Shown: positions 60,450-64,000 of the stretch, one piece after another
Layout: each line of letters opens with the position of its first letter
Position numbering within the stretch: the first letter of the stretch is position 1
Assembly (NCBI RefSeq): GCF_902713615.1
Contig: NC_052157.1
Location: 58,478,325 to 58,542,324, forward strand
Source of the DNA: Scyliorhinus canicula
Lineage: Eukaryota
Length of the DNA: 64,000 nt
Direction: 5' to 3'
Notes under the pieces: model-generated
The model's input: only the letters and a program-made list of their open reading frames with translations
What the model was told of the DNA's origin: nothing
The model's database searches: none
Program-made: the position numbers and the translations under genes

Positions 60450-62283
60450 CAACTAATTGCAGTTGTTGAGGAATTACAAGATGCAAAATCAAAACTTGAG
60501 CATTATGACGAAATTAGAACAGAATTGGAAAACGAAGCCTCTAAAGTCCAGCAGCTACCTTTTCAAATAGCAGAATTGCAACATCACGTTTTTAAAGTGA
60601 AGTAAAAATACCAACAGTTGCAAACAGAAACTAAGCAAAGCAAAAGTCAAAATTGCCTGGTACTTGAGGAAAAATGTATTTTGGAAAGTGACGTGAAATG
60701 TCATAACAAATTACTGACAGACAAGTTAATAGCACAAGAGACTTCAAATCTGTTTTTTTTAAATCAGCTGAACTCTCCAAAGCAAACAGCGCCACCAACC
60801 AGACAATTCGAAATGATGTTAACTAAGAACCAAGGGGTACTTAGATTTGGCAAACAGAGGAAAATGTATGAAATGGTCTTTTGCAGTAATGGCAAAGCTC
60901 CAAAAACATCAAGAGACAATTGCAAAAACTAAATTCGATCATGAGCTTCAGTCCACTAAAGACCAAGGGCAGAATTCTCCGCCAGGCCCGATGCCGTCGT
61001 GAAACCCAGAGAGGTTCACGACGGCATCGGAGGCCGCTCCTGGCCCCCTATTCTCCCCCACGGGGGGCTAGGAGGGCCGTGCCGTGAATCTCGGCCGCCG
61101 GGCCTTGTCGCTGGCGTCAAAAGACCACATTGATAATTAAATCAAATCTTACATTATTGCAAACTGCGACTGACATGAAAACAGTGAATGCACTGATCGA
61201 GATTATACAAGGGGGGTCTGGCCATATGAACTGTCAAGGACACTTTAACCCCAGAACAAACCGTTATCTTGCTCTGAGACTGTCTACGAAATGCTGCTGG
61301 CCATGATCCCAAAAGCCTCTCATGGCAGTTTTAATAGACTGTGAGATTTTTAAACAAGAAAAGCCTGTTTAGTTCAGCGACAAGCCTAATGGCAAACAAA
61401 GTGTAATGCAACTTAACCCATTAAGCACCAAACAGCCACCAGAACATGTCTGCAGCTTTAAACTTGATCTTATGCCGACCTCAGTCCGAAACCTCAATTC
61501 CTAACAAAGGCATGTCAATCGTTGCCTCCCCTCCTCCGTTAACGACAAATCCAACCCTTGCATTCACTTCTAAAAAGAATTCCAGAAGATTCCTTTCTCG
61601 TGTTGAAGACGGCCATTTTGGGAGTTTCAGATTTCATGGTTGCAGACTGGTCTACGATAAAGGCCAGCCTCCTGGCTACAGGGATATAGGACGGGTCACA
61701 TCGAACTAAAAAGTTGCCAAGAACTGTCAACTCGAGAAAACTGTCATTATTTTGAATGTTGCTTTAGTAATTTTAAGAAATTAACATATCTTGTTAGCTG
61801 TGCTCCCTTCAATAGAATCGACGAATTAATCTACAGAAAACCAAGATACAGCGCAAGATTGGTTCAGTCATGTATTTAATAAGTTATTGTGTTTGACATT
61901 TTTAAATAAATGTTTAAAATTAGCCTGGAAATTAAAACTTCAAACAATGTGGAAGCTGTTTTTTTTAAAATCACAACTCTGATTAAAAGCAAATCTATAT
62001 TCCAAAAGAACACATTGTTCAAAGACATTTAATAACGGGAATTTGGCAGCAATCCAACTTTTACTCCCAGTCCATTTGAGTGACATATATGAAAAACGTT
62101 CAAAGATGCAAATGGCATCATTCCAATTTATCCACACACCATACGCCATACCCAGGAAAATTAACCCTTTCAACAAGCTTTTGTGAATAATCCAGAAGAT
62201 GTCAAAGACTTAGCAATTCACATCCAATACAAAGTTAAAAAAAACTTGACCAACCCTTTGATTATACTTATTGGGGTTGACTT

Positions 62284-63262
62284 TGTCATGTGAGAGAACC
62301 TTTAAGAAATGGATGTTTAAGCAATGTACCTTTAGGAAATGTAGCAGCTCATATTGCTGAAGTGATGTCAGAGTGTGGGTGGAGCTGTTTTTTTTAGCTC
62401 AGCCGTTTTGCAGTGTTTAGTTTCAATTTTTGAGGAAAAGAGCTTGGGTGTCTGTGTTTTGCTGTAAGCTGGATCTGCGGTGATCCCTGCCATGAAAGAC
62501 TATCTCTGAATCACTTGGGTGATTTAAACTCATAATAGTAATGTCTTTAACTTGATGTGTTTCTGTTTGAAGGTGTTAAGTCTTTTGGAGGTTTCAAGGA
62601 ACATTTTGAGGGATTATTTAGTGTTGTATTATTTTCGAGGTGTTAGATGATCCAATGTTTATTTAAAAGGTTAAGTTGAGTTCATGGAATAAATATTGAT
62701 TTGTGTTTAAAAACTCACGTGTCCATAATTGTACTACCACACCTGGAGACCAATCCATGTGCTTCAAAAGCAACAATATATTAAAGGGAGAGGCTGGTTG
62801 AACTCCATGATACATTTTGGGGTTCTGAAAACGCCGCTCCCATAAAAATTGGGGGCTCGTCCGGGATAAAAGTCTATCTATTGGATTGGCTTTTTTTTAA
62901 CTTAAAGACAGTGAAGGTTTGTTGCTTTTCCGGTATGGTATTTTAGTTGAATTGGGGAGAGTGTTGTGAACAATGGCTCTTTCAGAGGCTCAGAAGTTTT
63001 TAGGGGTGGAGAATGTCACACACAGTACCTTACGGACACAGACGAAAAGCAGACTTAGATTTAGCAAAAACATTGCAGTTCACATTACCTGACAAAATGC
63101 AAAAAGATGAGGTAATTATGGCAGTGGTTAAGCATTTAAAGTTGCCTGAGATAGAGTCTGACTCATTGAAAATGGCAAAAAATCCAGTTGCAAATTCAAC
63201 AAATGGAATATGAGAAAAAATTAAAGCAGCTTGAATACGAAAAAGAGAGAGAGAGAGGAAAA

Positions 63263-63302
<40 letters not shown>

Positions 63303-64000
63303 GAAAAGGAGAGAGAAGAAAGGAGAAAAGAAGGAATAGCCCTAGCAGAACAAAAAGAAAAAGAAAGGGTGATACAGATCAGGGAAAAAGATAAAGAGAG
63401 AGAGTTTGAACTTCAGAAAATGGCCATGAAACATGAAAGTCAATTAAAATTGGCAGACATAAAGGGAAACGTACAGTTGGATGATAGTGATGAGGATTAT
63501 GAGAAGGTCCGTCATAGTCGAAGGCTTGGTGGCAATCTATTTAAATATGTCCAAGCATTGCCAAGGTTTGATGAGAAGGAGGTGGAAGCCTTTATTCATT
63601 TCATTTGAGAAGGTAGCTAAACAAATGCAATGGCCAAAGGACATGTGGGTATTACTGATTCAAACAAAGCTGGTAGGTAGAGCTAGTGAAGTGTTTGCAT
63701 CACTACCGGAGGAGGTATCTGGAACGTATGAGGAGGTGAAGAAATCCATCTTAAGTGCATATGAGCTAGTGCCTGAAGCTTACAGACAAAGGTTTAGAAA
63801 TTTAAGGAAAGATTTTGGTCAAGCATACATGGAGTTTGAAAGGCTCAAACAGAGTAATTTTGATAGGTGGATAAGGGTTTTGAAAGTAGATCAAACGTAT
63901 GAAGCTCTCAAAGAAATTATACTTTTGGAGGAGTTTAAAAATTCAATTCCTGATGTAGTGAGAACTCATATGGAAGAATAGAGGGTTAAAACTGCGAGAT
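62284..64000 (+). mobile_element. Gmr1-like Gypsy retrotransposon 5' end (LTR, tRNA-Pro PBS, gag with SCAN-related region), runs off the window
   Basis: LTR 62284 to about 62847; PBS tgggggctcgtccgggat at 62850-62867 is complementary to the tRNA-Pro 3' end; gag FEKVAKQMQWP...YELVPEAYRQRFR...ILLEEFKNSIP; frameshifts. Confidence 0.85.

Larger units (their letters stand above)
57795..62280 (+). mobile_element. Degenerate ERV-like LTR element (LTR about 57795-59093, PBS-like 59096, decayed gag-like coiled-coil ORFs)
   Basis: TG start; tggcgtagtttggc resembles a tRNA-Ser PBS; broken coiled-coil-rich ORFs at 59360-60930. The family assignment is tentative. Confidence 0.4.

Overview
Vertebrate genomic DNA, almost certainly from a shark: the repeats are HE1/V-SINE- and SacSINE1/Deu-like SINEs, CR1 and Rex1 LINEs, Penelope, PIF/Harbinger and Gypsy elements. 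Two tandem, same-strand (+) Siglec-like immunoglobulin-superfamily genes can be assembled by hand from split exons with AG/GT sites and matching phases. Gene A (2090-7987; leader exon outside the window) has two tandem V-set exons, one C2-set exon and a transmembrane exon containing an Arg, followed by a stop after about 5 cytoplasmic residues, which is an activating-receptor design. Gene B (about 22700-53290) has leader, V, C2, C2, a neutral TM exon, cytoplasmic exon(s) and a terminal exon with an ITIM-like LLYANI and an ITSM-like TEYAQI; the predicted product is 471 aa and inhibitory in design. All three V domains keep the Siglec F-strand Arg and the Siglec cysteine pattern. The two first C2 domains are about 93% identical, while the V domains differ mainly in the ligand-binding loops. 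The best reading is a paired activating/inhibitory Siglec locus in a cartilaginous fish; this is inferred from sequence alone and untested. Most of the remaining sequence is nested transposable elements and minisatellites. It includes Penelope fragments carrying minimal hammerhead-ribozyme motifs, a 51-bp satellite derived from CR1 coding sequence, and paralogous 3'UTR and exon remnants recording duplication of the locus. Coordinates were counted by hand; repeat boundaries are approximate.
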